IMG/VR virus record: IMGVR_UViG_3300017749_000080
Coordinates: 1-29,705 of that record
Source: a virus
Lineage: Duplodnaviria > Caudoviricetes
Direction: 5' to 3' (one strand)
DNA length: 29,705 nucleotides
The translations under genes were made by a program, and so were the position numbers. Positions 1 through 9,626 of the stretch are shown here, one piece after another. Within the stretch, counting starts at the first letter, position 1. Every line of letters begins with the position of its first letter. Below the pieces are notes generated by a model that did no database searches, was not told the origin of the DNA, and saw only the letters and a program-made list of their open reading frames with translations.

Positions 1-123
1 GGGTTTGATGTGAATGGGAACTTGATTGAACCTGTATCCCATACTACTTCACCATAGTTAGCTACTTGTGAACCACTTGGTTGGTTTAATCTAACTGTAA
101 TAGTTTCACCACCATATATGTTA
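1..123. repeat. Terminal direct repeat (left copy), circular assembly overlap
   Basis: Bases 1-123 (gggtttgatg...ccatatatgtta) match 29583-29705, and a reading frame runs uninterrupted across the join. Confidence 0.97.
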
Positions 124-1535
124 CCTGCAGTTACTAAGTTCTCACCTTCTTTTAAATAGATATCAAAGAAGTTACCTAATGAACAATCTATTGAATGTGT
201 AAAGTCTGCTGGGTTTGCAGTTGATGATGAATCAAATAATACATTACCTTTAACTGAACCACTATAATGAGAAGAACCAGTCACATGCCAACCACCATCT
301 ATTGATGCTGATGTTGTTACTGTTAGTTTACCATCTAATATAAGTGAGCCAGAAGTAAACTGTGAACCACTTTGTGTAGTATCTCCATTGTGTACTATAT
401 CACCATTATATAATATATCACCATTTATTACTGCATCAGTACCAACGATACCACTTAATGCTGCGTTATTAATTTCTAAAAATGGTAATGCATTTCCTGT
501 ATCTATTTTAAATGTAGTAGAAGGGGCTGGTGATACATCTTTAGTAAATACTGAACCACTAATTATCTGATTACCTATAAAGGTATTAGAACCAGTAGTT
601 GCATAAGAACCAGTCTTATCTATTAAACTTTGTACTTTAGAATCTACTGAAGAACTAAATGGTTCAAATACAGAAGATGTCCAATCGTTAAACGAAGCTG
701 AATCTAATTTTGTATCTATCAGTATTGATTGTGAATCTAATCGATTCTCTACTGATTCCGTATAAGGATTAAATACTGATGCTGTCCATTGTGAGAAAGA
801 TGCAGTATCTAATACTAATGATTGAGAGAATTCTTCTAACGCAAGTATTTGTTGATGTACAGAACCACTAAATGGAATAAATACAGAACCTGTCCAAGAA
901 CTTGGTAATGCATCTTGTACTATTTGTTCTAACTGATTCTCTACTGATGCTGAGAATATCAAGAAAGAACCTGTATCTAATTTTTGATTGATTCTTAAGT
1001 TTGTATCTAAAGGATTAAATGCTAAGTAATGTAAGTTAGGTACATATACTGAACCACTAAGAGTTTGTGTATCTGATGGTTCATCACCTAAGATATTCGA
1101 ACCACTTGAGAATATTACAGATGCAGATTCGGTTATTGTATGTATCTCATACGCTCTTAAAGAACCGCTAATGGTTACATCTCCACTAAAGTTAGCGTTA
1201 CTACCAGTCACACTCACAGCTTCTCTTAGAGAGGCTGTATATATTTCTAACTGTTCTACTCTACCATCATGGTCTGATGCGGTTGCTTCTAAATCATCTA
1301 ATCTTAAATCAACAGAAGCAGAAAAGATTTCAACATTACCCATTCCATTAAGTGTTGATGAACTGATATCATTCTCTACAAGTAAAGAACTACCTGTAAT
1401 AGAAACACCAATACCTACACCCAATCCATCTTGAAGTTCGTAATTACTTTGAGAAGTAATTCCTTCAGTTGAATCAGCAAGGTTAATCAATCCTTTATAG
1501 GATTGTGATATATATAAATTACTTAAATCACTCAT
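1..1535 (-). CDS. Tail fibre-like protein, 5' part (543 aa in total, continues across the origin to the stop at 29486)
   Basis: Hand translation from ATG at 1535 (MSDLSNLYISQSYKGLINLADS...) is open to base 1 and continues at 29582 to TAA at 29486-29488. It has coiled-coil-like repeats, an ATTGSNTFxGNQxISGS motif shared with 7006..9342 and a beta-rich C-terminus. Absent from the ORF track because it wraps. Confidence 0.88.
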   Translation of the reverse strand, partial: MSDLSNLYISQSYKGLINLADSTEGITSQSNYELQDGLGVGIGVSITGSSLLVENDISSSTLNGMGNVEIFSASVDLRLDDLEATASDHDGRVEQLEIYTASLREAVSVTGSNANFSGDVTISGSLRAYEIHTITESASVIFSSGSNILGDEPSDTQTLSGSVYVPNLHYLAFNPLDTNLRINQKLDTGSFLIFSASVENQLEQIVQDALPSSWTGSVFIPFSGSVHQQILALEEFSQSLVLDTASFSQWTASVFNPYTESVENRLDSQSILIDTKLDSASFNDWTSSVFEPFSSSVDSKVQSLIDKTGSYATTGSNTFIGNQIISGSVFTKDVSPAPSTTFKIDTGNALPFLEINNAALSGIVGTDAVINGDILYNGDIVHNGDTTQSGSQFTSGSLILDGKLTVTTSASIDGGWHVTGSSHYSGSVKGNVLFDSSSTANPADFTHSIDCSLGNFFDIYLKEGENLVTAGNIYGGETITVRLNQPSGSQVANYGEVVWDTGSIKFPFTSN

Positions 1536-1550
1536 ATCTTTATTTCTTTT

Positions 1551-2444
1551 TTAAGTGTACTGCCACTTTCTTAATGCTTCATCTATATGTCCACCATCCC
1601 ATCGTTCTGGAGTTGTACTCCATACTTTGGGAGATATCCAAAGTTCACAATTCTCACAAGTTTCATAATCCTCGTAAGGAAGAGCTAAGATAGGAAGATT
1701 GTAAAAATCCCAATCATCTCTACCATCTATCTCTTCTAATATTTCAAAACATCTTAGATAATCATAAGATGTTAAATCTACTCTCGCGTTCGGTGTATAT
1801 TTGGTACTGAATACCTGTCCTATCGAACCCGTTGTGTTTAATACAGCGTTGTAAATATCATCTGTTTCACAATCTTGTATTTTAAAATACTGCCCCTCAG
1901 GGGCTATCAAAAAAAAAAGGCAACGATTTTTATCGTTGTGACAGGTTAGGTTGAATGTTGCTGACCAACCGGCCAGTCCATTATCAAACCTATCAACAAA
2001 TGGTTCACAACTGATATCTCCAAATATCTCAAACCCCTCTACCTTATTTTGTGTGTATGATGTTAAATCATTTAATACTGCTAATGTGTTAGCATGAATA
2101 TCAACAACATCATCAGTACCATAGTAAGGAATAGTTTGTTCATTTGTTCTTCCATTACTTTCGTTTTCTAATACTTTATGTTTATCTGCAACGATTAGTT
2201 GTATTCTATAATCTGTTGTACTTGTACCAAAGGTTGCATCTTGTATCATCACATTACCAACAGGATATTCTGGAAACGTCATATCATCTATTGAGAATAC
2301 ATCTCCTTGCGTTACATGAGCAATAGAAGGATGATTCTTCATAATAGTTTTAAAATAGTTTAAAGTGTTGTAATACAACGTAAAGTTAGTATTACTCTTA
2401 TCTACTATCTGTGCTTGCGCTGGTGTTTGTGATGGTGTACTCAT
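1551..2444 (-). CDS. Putative tail terminator/tail-completion protein with Cys/Trp-containing C-terminal extension
   Basis: Follows the head-tail adaptor. The N-terminal ~178 aa (GDVFSID...YP...CEPFVDRFDNGLAGW) resemble tail-completion proteins of Bacteroidota siphoviruses. The extension starts after a T10 run. Confidence 0.6.
   Translation of the reverse strand: MSTPSQTPAQAQIVDKSNTNFTLYYNTLNYFKTIMKNHPSIAHVTQGDVFSIDDMTFPEYPVGNVMIQDATFGTSTTDYRIQLIVADKHKVLENESNGRTNEQTIPYYGTDDVVDIHANTLAVLNDLTSYTQNKVEGFEIFGDISCEPFVDRFDNGLAGWSATFNLTCHNDKNRCLFFLIAPEGQYFKIQDCETDDIYNAVLNTTGSIGQVFSTKYTPNARVDLTSYDYLRCFEILEEIDGRDDWDFYNLPILALPYEDYETCENCELWISPKVWSTTPERWDGGHIDEALRKWQYT
1892..1918 (-). other. Candidate -1 programmed ribosomal frameshift (U10 slippery run plus GCCCC-UGA-GGGGC hairpin)
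   Basis: Minus strand reads TGC CTT TTT TTT TTG ATA GCCCC TGA GGGGC: in-frame T TTT TTT heptamer, 6-nt spacer, GC-only stem whose loop is the -1-frame stop. Confidence 0.6.
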
Positions 2445-2447
2445 ATC

Positions 2448-2960
2448 TTATAATTCTATTCCTCCAAAGTATTGATTAGATTGGTCAGGATAGATTTGTG
2501 TACTATCCCCAACTGATTCTAAATACTCAGGTATGTTTGATGAATTTGCTAATAGGTAATCTTGTAATCTTGTTGAGTAATAACCTGCGTTATCTAAAGC
2601 TTTACTCAATAAGTAATCTACTTCATTTTTACCTGGTGATACAGATGTTTCACTAATGTGTTTAACTGCACCTTGTGATTTAAATGATATTGCACTAAAT
2701 GGAATATACTCAACACAAGCGTACCAAATTATAGTTGGTTTAATATAATCAGATACCAATGTTTGGTATATACCTGTGAATGAATCCCCTGCTTCTATAT
2801 CATCTTGTATCTTATTGTAAAGAACTGTGCCTAAAAGATTTAACAAATATTTCTCTTGTGCAGTTCTAACAAAAGGAAGTAAGGCATCAGCATCTACTGC
2901 TCCACCTAATGGGGTGTTCTTAATGATATCGTTTCGTGTTATGAATAATCCAAAAGCCAT
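2448..2960 (-). CDS. Head-tail adaptor/connector protein
   Basis: 170 aa, helical, directly after the portal. Motifs VDAD.LLPF...AQ..YL...LGT.LY and YIKP fit Bacteroidota phage adaptors (DUF6712-like). Confidence 0.7.
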   Translation of the reverse strand: MAFGLFITRNDIIKNTPLGGAVDADALLPFVRTAQEKYLLNLLGTVLYNKIQDDIEAGDSFTGIYQTLVSDYIKPTIIWYACVEYIPFSAISFKSQGAVKHISETSVSPGKNEVDYLLSKALDNAGYYSTRLQDYLLANSSNIPEYLESVGDSTQIYPDQSNQYFGGIEL

Positions 2961-2973
2961 AGTTCTTTATTTT

Positions 2974-4233
2974 TTAAAAATCCTCGTATTCTCTAGTAAA
3001 TCCAAAGTCAGAAGGTCTTGGATGTGTTTTCTCTTGTTCTAAGTTTTCTTCTGTTGTTTCTTCGTTTCTCATAGAATCATTTACATCTTCTTGTGCTTCT
3101 TCTACTGTTTCATTAGTATCATCTGCTGTATCTGAGAGAATAACCAAAGGTGTTAATTGGTCAAAGTATAAATCTTGTTTACCCCATCCACCTTCTACCA
3201 ATGCTTTATCTATTACATTTAGTATTAATTGTTGGAATGGTTGTATTGTCATTGTTTGGAAGATGGAATATGCTGTTTTCATTTCTTCCGATTGTGATGA
3301 GAATCCATTAGATGCAGTACGAATACCAAACAGTAAAGGAGAAACGATTCTATGCGCTACCAAAATACGATCCTGAGCGTATTCAGCAACGTATGTGTAC
3401 TTCTCGTGAAGGTTCTCAATAGGAATAGTATCTATTGTAGGTTTGTTAATAGCATCATCATTAAACGATACCATAAATCTACCAGCGTTTCTTGTACCAC
3501 TAAACTTGTTTTCAAGTAATGATTCTATTGTTTGTCTTTCTTCAGGTGCAGGTACTCCATTATTGAAGTTAACCATAGCTACTGGTAAGAAACCATTCTC
3601 AATATTATTAAGGTGTAAGTTACTTAGTTCTGCTTCTGTAAAAGAATATTGTAATGAACTAATCCAATCAGGTAATGAGTAATAGTATCTATTAGGTTCG
3701 TAATCTTTTATATAAAGAATTTCTCTTTCTTCTGTTGATGTACCAAAGACAGGAATACGAATCTTAGTTTTTTGTTTTCTTGTATCACTCCAATCTGTAC
3801 AATAGTAGAATGCTTCACACTTCATACCCATGTGTATCTTCTCTGCTCTTAGAGTTTGTACTGGTACATGAAACAACTTGATTACTTTAGTATGGTCTTT
3901 ATTCCACATTACTTGGAATGCAGCATTACCATATAATTTTAAATCGAATGATACTTTCTTTAAATCTTCTGCTGGTAACAACTTAGCAAGAGTATCTTTA
4001 AACTCTTCTTTATCTGTTATTAAACCTTTACCATAGATTAAATCTGCTACACCATCTACACAAGCTGCAGTAGTAGTGGATGTATTATATCCTTCTGTTA
4101 ACAATTCAAAGAAATCATCTTGATGTTGTACACCAACAGGTACCCATTGATATCTTGTTTTGATATCTTCTGTTACAATTGGTACTTCCTCCCTTGTAAA
4201 GTTTACCACAGAAAAGTTTTGTTCTTTTTTCAT
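2974..4233 (-). CDS. Portal protein
   Basis: 419 aa with D.KLYGNAAFQV, YYSLPDW, NIENGFLP, KFSGTRNAG and ILVAHRIVSPLLFG motifs, and an acidic tail. Confidence 0.88.
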   Translation of the reverse strand: MKKEQNFSVVNFTREEVPIVTEDIKTRYQWVPVGVQHQDDFFELLTEGYNTSTTTAACVDGVADLIYGKGLITDKEEFKDTLAKLLPAEDLKKVSFDLKLYGNAAFQVMWNKDHTKVIKLFHVPVQTLRAEKIHMGMKCEAFYYCTDWSDTRKQKTKIRIPVFGTSTEEREILYIKDYEPNRYYYSLPDWISSLQYSFTEAELSNLHLNNIENGFLPVAMVNFNNGVPAPEERQTIESLLENKFSGTRNAGRFMVSFNDDAINKPTIDTIPIENLHEKYTYVAEYAQDRILVAHRIVSPLLFGIRTASNGFSSQSEEMKTAYSIFQTMTIQPFQQLILNVIDKALVEGGWGKQDLYFDQLTPLVILSDTADDTNETVEEAQEDVNDSMRNEETTEENLEQEKTHPRPSDFGFTREYEDF

Positions 4234-4589
4234 AGTACTATATATTCGTTATCAGTTTCGTAAGATACATACCCATCATTCTGAGTAGTATATTCTGTTT
4301 TATCAATAGATTGAGATGCATATACTTGTAATGAGCCTCTCCATATAGAACCGCTTACTGAATCATTTATATCTACTAAAAACTCTTGTCCTACTCTTGT
4401 ATCGGCAATCGATTGTGAGAAGGTTAGAATGTTCTCATATGCATTAAATGTATGTTTGCCACTTAAATCATAAGAAGATGTAGTGAGCGTAAGCATATCG
4501 TATAAATCTAAGGATAATGTGGAACCACTACCTGTTGTTTGTGTTCTTACTACGAACTCGTTTGTGTTGGATATGTAATAACTAAGCAT
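4230..4589 (-). CDS. Putative virion structural protein (119 aa; start revised to MLSYYISN)
   Basis: The longer called start (4664) lies inside the terminator. ATG at 4589 is 27 nt downstream of a late-promoter motif. The stop overlaps the portal start (ATGA). Confidence 0.7.
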   Translation of the reverse strand: MLSYYISNTNEFVVRTQTTGSGSTLSLDLYDMLTLTTSSYDLSGKHTFNAYENILTFSQSIADTRVGQEFLVDINDSVSGSIWRGSLQVYASQSIDKTEYTTQNDGYVSYETDNEYIVL

Positions 4590-4615
4590 TATATCGTTCT
4601 TATCTCGTTTTAACT

Positions 4616-4639
4616 TATAACAATCTAAGATTAGGTTAT
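4616..4639 (-). promoter_or_regulatory. Putative phage late promoter ATA-N13-TTGTTATA
   Basis: One of eight exactly spaced copies; upstream of 4589 and the portal operon. Confidence 0.7.
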
Positions 4640-4642
4640 AGT

Positions 4643-4678
4643 AAAAACAAAAAACCCCTCTCACGAAGAGAAGGGTTT
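4643..4678 (-). terminator. Rho-independent terminator after the capsid/tail-tube operon
   Basis: Minus strand AAACCCTTCTC-TTCGT-GAGAGGGGTTT followed by TTTGTTTTT. Confidence 0.85.
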
Positions 4679-4715
4679 AATTATTTAAAAGTGTATCTTC
4701 TGATATACCGTTAAC

Positions 4716-5249
4716 TTACGATGCTACTATTGTAGGTGCTCCATCTAATCCAACAAATGGGTCAGATGCAGTTGCAGATTGTAAAAATGCTGCTGGTAGT
4801 TTTTCAGTTCCTGTGAACGTCATTGAATAACCATAAAGGTCTCCAAGTGCTGCTCCAGTCTGAATTGTACCTGCAGTTAAATCTGCTCCTTCTACTTCAC
4901 CAACTAATAGTGCTTCTCCGTTCTTAGTATGAACGATGATTTGTGGTCTACCATAAGCTAACAATTTTAACTGAGTTGTCATCTCATTAGTTAACTTTTT
5001 CAAGTTAAGAGTTAACTCTTGTGAAAAGAATGTTGTACCATTCTCTCTTGAAGAGTTTACAGTCTCAGTATATGCAGAAGTACCTTTAAGTTCATATTTG
5101 TACACAGTATAGCCAGTCAAGTCATCAACTTCACCATCTGTGTTCTTATCGAAAGATGCAGAAGTGTAATTCATAAAATAAACAGCTTGTAAGCCACCTA
5201 TCGATTCTTTACATACTTCTTCTCTTCCGTTTGTTATTAAACAACTCAT
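4716..5249 (-). CDS. Major tail tube protein
   Basis: 177 aa, beta-rich, with C..GR...CKESIGGLQAVYF, SRENGTTFF.QELTL and GYSMTFTGTE; co-transcribed with the capsid gene. Confidence 0.75.
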   Translation of the reverse strand: MSCLITNGREEVCKESIGGLQAVYFMNYTSASFDKNTDGEVDDLTGYTVYKYELKGTSAYTETVNSSRENGTTFFSQELTLNLKKLTNEMTTQLKLLAYGRPQIIVHTKNGEALLVGEVEGADLTAGTIQTGAALGDLYGYSMTFTGTEKLPAAFLQSATASDPFVGLDGAPTIVAS

Positions 5250-5283
5250 AGTATCTCCTGTTTTTAAATGTTAAACTTATTTC

Positions 5284-6240
5284 TTATAGTAGGTTAAATC
5301 CTGCTACTTCATTTGTAAATCCAATTGCAGTACCTGCAGTATATCTCATGATAACTCTAAAGTTCTGCGAACCATCGATATCAGCCATGTCTAAAACACG
5401 CACTTCATTGTAGTCTGACATCAGACCAGTACCGAAGTGGAAGTTAGATTTTTGACCAGCGATAATTGTGTTATCACTCATACCTGGTGCGTGAATAATC
5501 TCAATACCTTGGAAGTTTAATGGTTTTTCACCAACGTTAAGTTGTGAGTTGAATGAACCAATGTTAACTTGACCTGATTGAGATGATTGCCATGCTTTAA
5601 GTACTTTAGTACCTACATAGATTACAGTATCTTCTTTACCATATACAGCTGATGGAATTGCATCTACTACTTCAGTAAGGATTTGTACTACGTTATCTTT
5701 ATCTACTGTTCCGTTTGGTCTATCAACTGAACCTGATTGTGCAGGTTTAAATGCAGCTGCGCCAGTTGATGCAGTAATTCTTTCTTCAAATCCTAAGAAT
5801 GAACCGTTTCCGATTGCACCATCCCAAATTGATTGTTCAGTAGCTTCTGCTACTTTACCACCAACGTAAGAAATTAGGTAATCAGTAAAGTTTCTTGGGA
5901 TTTCATCGAATGCAGAGTATCCCATAGATACCGCTTCCCATGAATCAAGGAAATTTTGCTTACACAATTCCAGGTTAACTTGTAGCTCTTTTGGCTCAAG
6001 TATAGTTTCTGTAATCGCAACTGATCCTGATGTTGCGAAATCACATGATGCATCTTGTACGATACCAGCTACATCAAGTTTTTGAATCACCTCTTTGTAT
6101 TTTACATTAGGGTGAATCTCTACGTTTCCTTGGTCAAGTGTCTTTGCACTTAACAAGGCTGCTGCTATGTAATCAGAACTTGCTTCTCCAGCATAAGTTG
6201 AGGTTACAGTTGGCAACGAAAGGTTTTCTTTTTTTCTCAT
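5284..6240 (-). CDS. Major capsid protein (HK97 fold)
   Basis: 318 aa after an acidic scaffold. Motifs TYAGE, PNVKYKEV, LEPKELQVNLELCK and FGTGLMSD.NEV.VLDM.DIDGSQN.RVIMRYTAG fit Bacteroidota phage capsids. Confidence 0.85.
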   Translation of the reverse strand: MRKKENLSLPTVTSTYAGEASSDYIAAALLSAKTLDQGNVEIHPNVKYKEVIQKLDVAGIVQDASCDFATSGSVAITETILEPKELQVNLELCKQNFLDSWEAVSMGYSAFDEIPRNFTDYLISYVGGKVAEATEQSIWDGAIGNGSFLGFEERITASTGAAAFKPAQSGSVDRPNGTVDKDNVVQILTEVVDAIPSAVYGKEDTVIYVGTKVLKAWQSSQSGQVNIGSFNSQLNVGEKPLNFQGIEIIHAPGMSDNTIIAGQKSNFHFGTGLMSDYNEVRVLDMADIDGSQNFRVIMRYTAGTAIGFTNEVAGFNLL

Positions 6241-6255
6241 TTTTTTAATCTCTAA

Positions 6256-6945
6256 TTAATTGTTATACATTCTTGAAAGAACAGATGAATGATAGTTAGG
6301 AGCGAGTTTTTTAGAATTAGCTTTAGAAAACTTAGATGCCTCAACTGGTGCACCATCAAGTTTCTTAGCTTCAACTTCTTTCTCTTCCTCTTCTTCCATT
6401 TCTTCTTCCTTAGTTTCTTCTTCTGCTGCTTCAAGTTTCTTTTCTAACTCATCAATACGATAAGCCATATCCTCTACTTTTTTTGCAACATCTTCTAAGT
6501 TGATTGTTTCATCAACATCTTCACCTTCTTCTAAATCGGCTTCTTCGGTTGGCTCTTCGATATCGATTAGCTCCTCTTCTTCCTTTTCTAAAGCTTGTGG
6601 GATGTCATTATCAACTTTAATAGTTTCTTCTGATAGTTCTTTCTCTTCGTCTCCAGTCTCTTCCAGTTCAACGTTTTCACGCTCTGTGATGACACCTCCC
6701 TCCGTAAAGATTTTGAAACGAACAGTCTCACCTTCAGCACCAGTAAGTTCTAATTCGTGTTCTCCATCTGGTGCTGCTGTTTTAGTTCCATCTTCTGAAA
6801 CTACCTCAACAGATTCACCTACATCGAAAGTTGGAGATTCTAATATAGTACCATCAGCTAGTTTTGCAAAAGTTAATTTCACCTCTTCAGTTGGTTTAAC
6901 TGAGAGAAGAGTCATTATCTTTCCTAATACTGTGTTTGATTCCAT
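6256..6945 (-). CDS. Capsid scaffolding protein
   Basis: Very acidic 229 aa with L.DGT.LE, APDGEHEL and a C-terminal coiled coil, immediately upstream of the capsid gene. Confidence 0.75.
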   Translation of the reverse strand: MESNTVLGKIMTLLSVKPTEEVKLTFAKLADGTILESPTFDVGESVEVVSEDGTKTAAPDGEHELELTGAEGETVRFKIFTEGGVITERENVELEETGDEEKELSEETIKVDNDIPQALEKEEEELIDIEEPTEEADLEEGEDVDETINLEDVAKKVEDMAYRIDELEKKLEAAEEETKEEEMEEEEEKEVEAKKLDGAPVEASKFSKANSKKLAPNYHSSVLSRMYNN

Positions 6946-6974
6946 AATTATATCTCTGTTTTTAGATTTAACCT

Positions 6975-6998
6975 TATAACAAATAAGGTTGGGTTTAT
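6975..6998 (-). promoter_or_regulatory. Putative phage late promoter ATA-N13-TTGTTATA
   Basis: Exact motif 30 nt upstream of the scaffold ATG. Confidence 0.72.
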
Positions 6999-7005
6999 AT
7001 TAATT

Positions 7006-9342
7006 TTAATTTCTCCACTGCGTTATATCACCTATAACTAAGTTTGGTTCATAGTTAGTAACTACAATTATATTTGCTGGTGAACCTCCTTTATTATAAG
7101 CTTTTAACTCAAAGGCTGTATAACTTCCTGGAGTTGTTGATGGTGTAAGGAATGAACCACTTACTGCAGCTGATGGACCAAATAGTTGTGTTGTACCAGT
7201 AGGTCCACCACTATATTGTAATTCAACTAAACCAGTACCTGAGGTTTGTTCTACTAATAAGTTAACTGTTCTACCTTCTCCTAAGAATGAATCTACATTT
7301 ACTTTTGTTACAAGTGGAGTTAATGGAACAAAAAAGTAATCATATTGATTAGTAATAGAACCTGAAGGATATCCTAAGGTATCTTGTCCTTGATATATTG
7401 CTGAGTTTACCAACATTGCTCCATTAAAGGTAACTGCAGAATTAATATTCATTGGAGTACCTGATTCTAGTGTTACATTACTACCTGAAAGTAAAAGGGT
7501 TCTACCACTTGTTCCAGCTGATATCGTTACATCACTATTAGCACCACCAATAAGTGTAGAACCATTAATTTCTACATCTCTTCCTGCAGCAGTTCCTCTA
7601 CTTTGTTCATATACTTTTATCCTACTACCACTAGCGTTATTAACTATAAAATCACCATGTTGCATATCATTAATAATCTCTAAGCCTGTTATACCTGCAA
7701 GAGCTGAGTTAGCTACTTGATATGCTGGAGTACCTGTGTGAGTTACTTCAAAGATATTACCTGGTGATGGATTATTTGAAGTGTTAACTTGCATTTTCTG
7801 TTTAAATTCAGAAGGTCCGTTACCGATTACATTGTTGTTAAACTCAGTTGTGTTGTTAAACTTATTGTACTTAAGGAACTCTACTGTTGAATCATCTTTA
7901 GCTGCTAAGATAGTTTGGCCAGCACCACCACCACCTCCACCACCAAATAGTTGGAATACAGGATTAGAACCATCTACACCTGTGTAAGTGTTTATGTTAA
8001 TACCACCGTTCATACTATTACCAGTATCAAATACAGTAAATCCTGCGTATTGATTACCTGGATTTATAGTTCTATTTGTATAGACTTCCATCCCTGCAAA
8101 CTGATATTGTTGTGTGGTATTACCAATTCTAATGTAAGGGTTACCTGATGGGTTAAGTACTTGTATGTTTTCTTTTGCAATTAATTCATCATTAAAAGTT
8201 ACATCACCAGCTAATTGTACGGATGTAGCTGCAGATGATGAAGGTGTTAGTGTAATTGTATCACCTTTTATTGCAGTAGTTCCATTGGGTGCAGAAACCC
8301 ATGCATCATAATTACCATGTGATAAGTAAATACCTTGATTTCCTCCATCAAGGAGAGCGTTTTGTATTCCTATTCCAGCGCCAGTTATATCTCCAACTTC
8401 TCCCCATGAACCACTTAATGTACTTCCAGCATAGGTATCGATACCTGTAAGAGATGCTTCGTTAAATGTAGTTACAAAATCTCCTCCTGGTATGATTTGT
8501 ACCTTACCTGTACCTAATGCATTAGTTAAACTAATACCAGTCATTGGAGCGTTGGTATCTTGTACGTTTAATGAACCACTTATAGTTTGGTTACCATTGA
8601 ATGTATTCGAACCTGTTGTAGCAAGTGAGCCTGTATCTACATCTGTTACAATAGATGAAGTTGCTACTGCTTGTGGTACACCACTACCATCTCCTACCCA
8701 TAGATATCCATCTTGTATGTTTGGTAAATCATTACTTCTACCACTACCTTGTATTACTATCTCTCCTTCACTTGCATTTACTTTACCAACTACACCAATG
8801 TTCTGTATAAGTTTAGTACCTGTTGGTTTAGTTTGAGTATAATCACCATTAGTATTTACATAAATGTTTTTACCTGCAGTAAATCCATCGGTATCAACAC
8901 CGATAATTTTACCACTTACAACTCCTACACCACTTTGGTTATTTGTAAGAGTTTCTCCTAATACTGCGATTGCTGGCATTGTATTAGATGAATCATTACT
9001 AGCACTAGCAATGTTTATGTTATCTCCAGTCACGCCTGTTGCATATACTGGTGTACCTTTTACTAATTCAACACCTGATGTATTCTTTACGTTGATTATT
9101 ACTTCTTGTGTAGTATCACTATGTAATGCGTGTGATGCACTAATTGATGTGTTTGCGTTCTCTGCTTGTGATGCTGATACTGCGTAAGATGCTGATACTA
9201 CTAATGAGCCAGTAAGTGCAAAAGAATCAATTACATCTAAATCAAACTGTCTTATATCATTTGGGGTTATCTCTTGTGCTGTATTATTAGGAAACAGAGC
9301 GTTACTCTGTGATATTAATCCTTCTCTATCTAATTGACTCAT
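7006..9342 (-). CDS. Tail fibre / virion appendage protein
   Basis: 778 aa, G/S/T/N-rich. Contains FPNN...ITP...R.F, VKN.SG..L.KGTPVY..G and ATTGSNTFNGNQTISGS segments. Confidence 0.7.
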   Translation of the reverse strand: MSQLDREGLISQSNALFPNNTAQEITPNDIRQFDLDVIDSFALTGSLVVSASYAVSASQAENANTSISASHALHSDTTQEVIINVKNTSGVELVKGTPVYATGVTGDNINIASASNDSSNTMPAIAVLGETLTNNQSGVGVVSGKIIGVDTDGFTAGKNIYVNTNGDYTQTKPTGTKLIQNIGVVGKVNASEGEIVIQGSGRSNDLPNIQDGYLWVGDGSGVPQAVATSSIVTDVDTGSLATTGSNTFNGNQTISGSLNVQDTNAPMTGISLTNALGTGKVQIIPGGDFVTTFNEASLTGIDTYAGSTLSGSWGEVGDITGAGIGIQNALLDGGNQGIYLSHGNYDAWVSAPNGTTAIKGDTITLTPSSSAATSVQLAGDVTFNDELIAKENIQVLNPSGNPYIRIGNTTQQYQFAGMEVYTNRTINPGNQYAGFTVFDTGNSMNGGININTYTGVDGSNPVFQLFGGGGGGGAGQTILAAKDDSTVEFLKYNKFNNTTEFNNNVIGNGPSEFKQKMQVNTSNNPSPGNIFEVTHTGTPAYQVANSALAGITGLEIINDMQHGDFIVNNASGSRIKVYEQSRGTAAGRDVEINGSTLIGGANSDVTISAGTSGRTLLLSGSNVTLESGTPMNINSAVTFNGAMLVNSAIYQGQDTLGYPSGSITNQYDYFFVPLTPLVTKVNVDSFLGEGRTVNLLVEQTSGTGLVELQYSGGPTGTTQLFGPSAAVSGSFLTPSTTPGSYTAFELKAYNKGGSPANIIVVTNYEPNLVIGDITQWRN

Positions 9343-9357
9343 ATCTTTTTTCTCTAT

Positions 9358-9612
9358 TTAATCTGTTGTTAATAAAATATCAAATCCACTTGAGAAACCA
9401 CTTGAGAAAGCTCCTGTTTCTACTTTTGGTAATGCGTTAATCCTACCAATACCTTGACTGATAAGAGCTCCATCACAACACTCAACTGAGTAGGTATTAG
9501 CATTTAAACATAAACAACCTCTACGAGAATTCTTCGGAGAAGATAATCCTTGAGTAGGTCCTATATAAAGGCCAGTTGCTCTGTGTTTTCTAAGTTTCCT
9601 TGAATATGACAT
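9358..9612 (-). CDS. Small Cys-rich protein, probably virion-associated
   Basis: SSPKNSRRGCLC...TYSVECCDG..QGIG, ending in GAFSSGFSSGFD; has its own late-promoter motif. Confidence 0.7.
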   Translation of the reverse strand: MSYSRKLRKHRATGLYIGPTQGLSSPKNSRRGCLCLNANTYSVECCDGALISQGIGRINALPKVETGAFSSGFSSGFDILLTTD

Positions 9613-9626
9613 TAATCTTTTATACC

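Noticed and set aside
1-123. 123-bp repeat as a biological direct terminal repeat
   Set aside because: It falls mid-gene with no special structure, as expected for an assembler overlap.
6241-6258. Scaffold and capsid genes are in frame across one TAA (possible readthrough)
   Set aside because: TAA is rarely read through, the capsid gene has its own A-rich start, and being in frame has a one-in-three chance.
6478-6484. A AAA AAA heptamer in the scaffold gene
   Set aside because: The -1 frame stops within about 7 codons and there is no stimulatory element.
9386-9409. 12-nt tandem repeat (ccacttgagaaa-type)
   Set aside because: It simply encodes the FSSG-FSSG peptide repeat and is not a CRISPR-like array.
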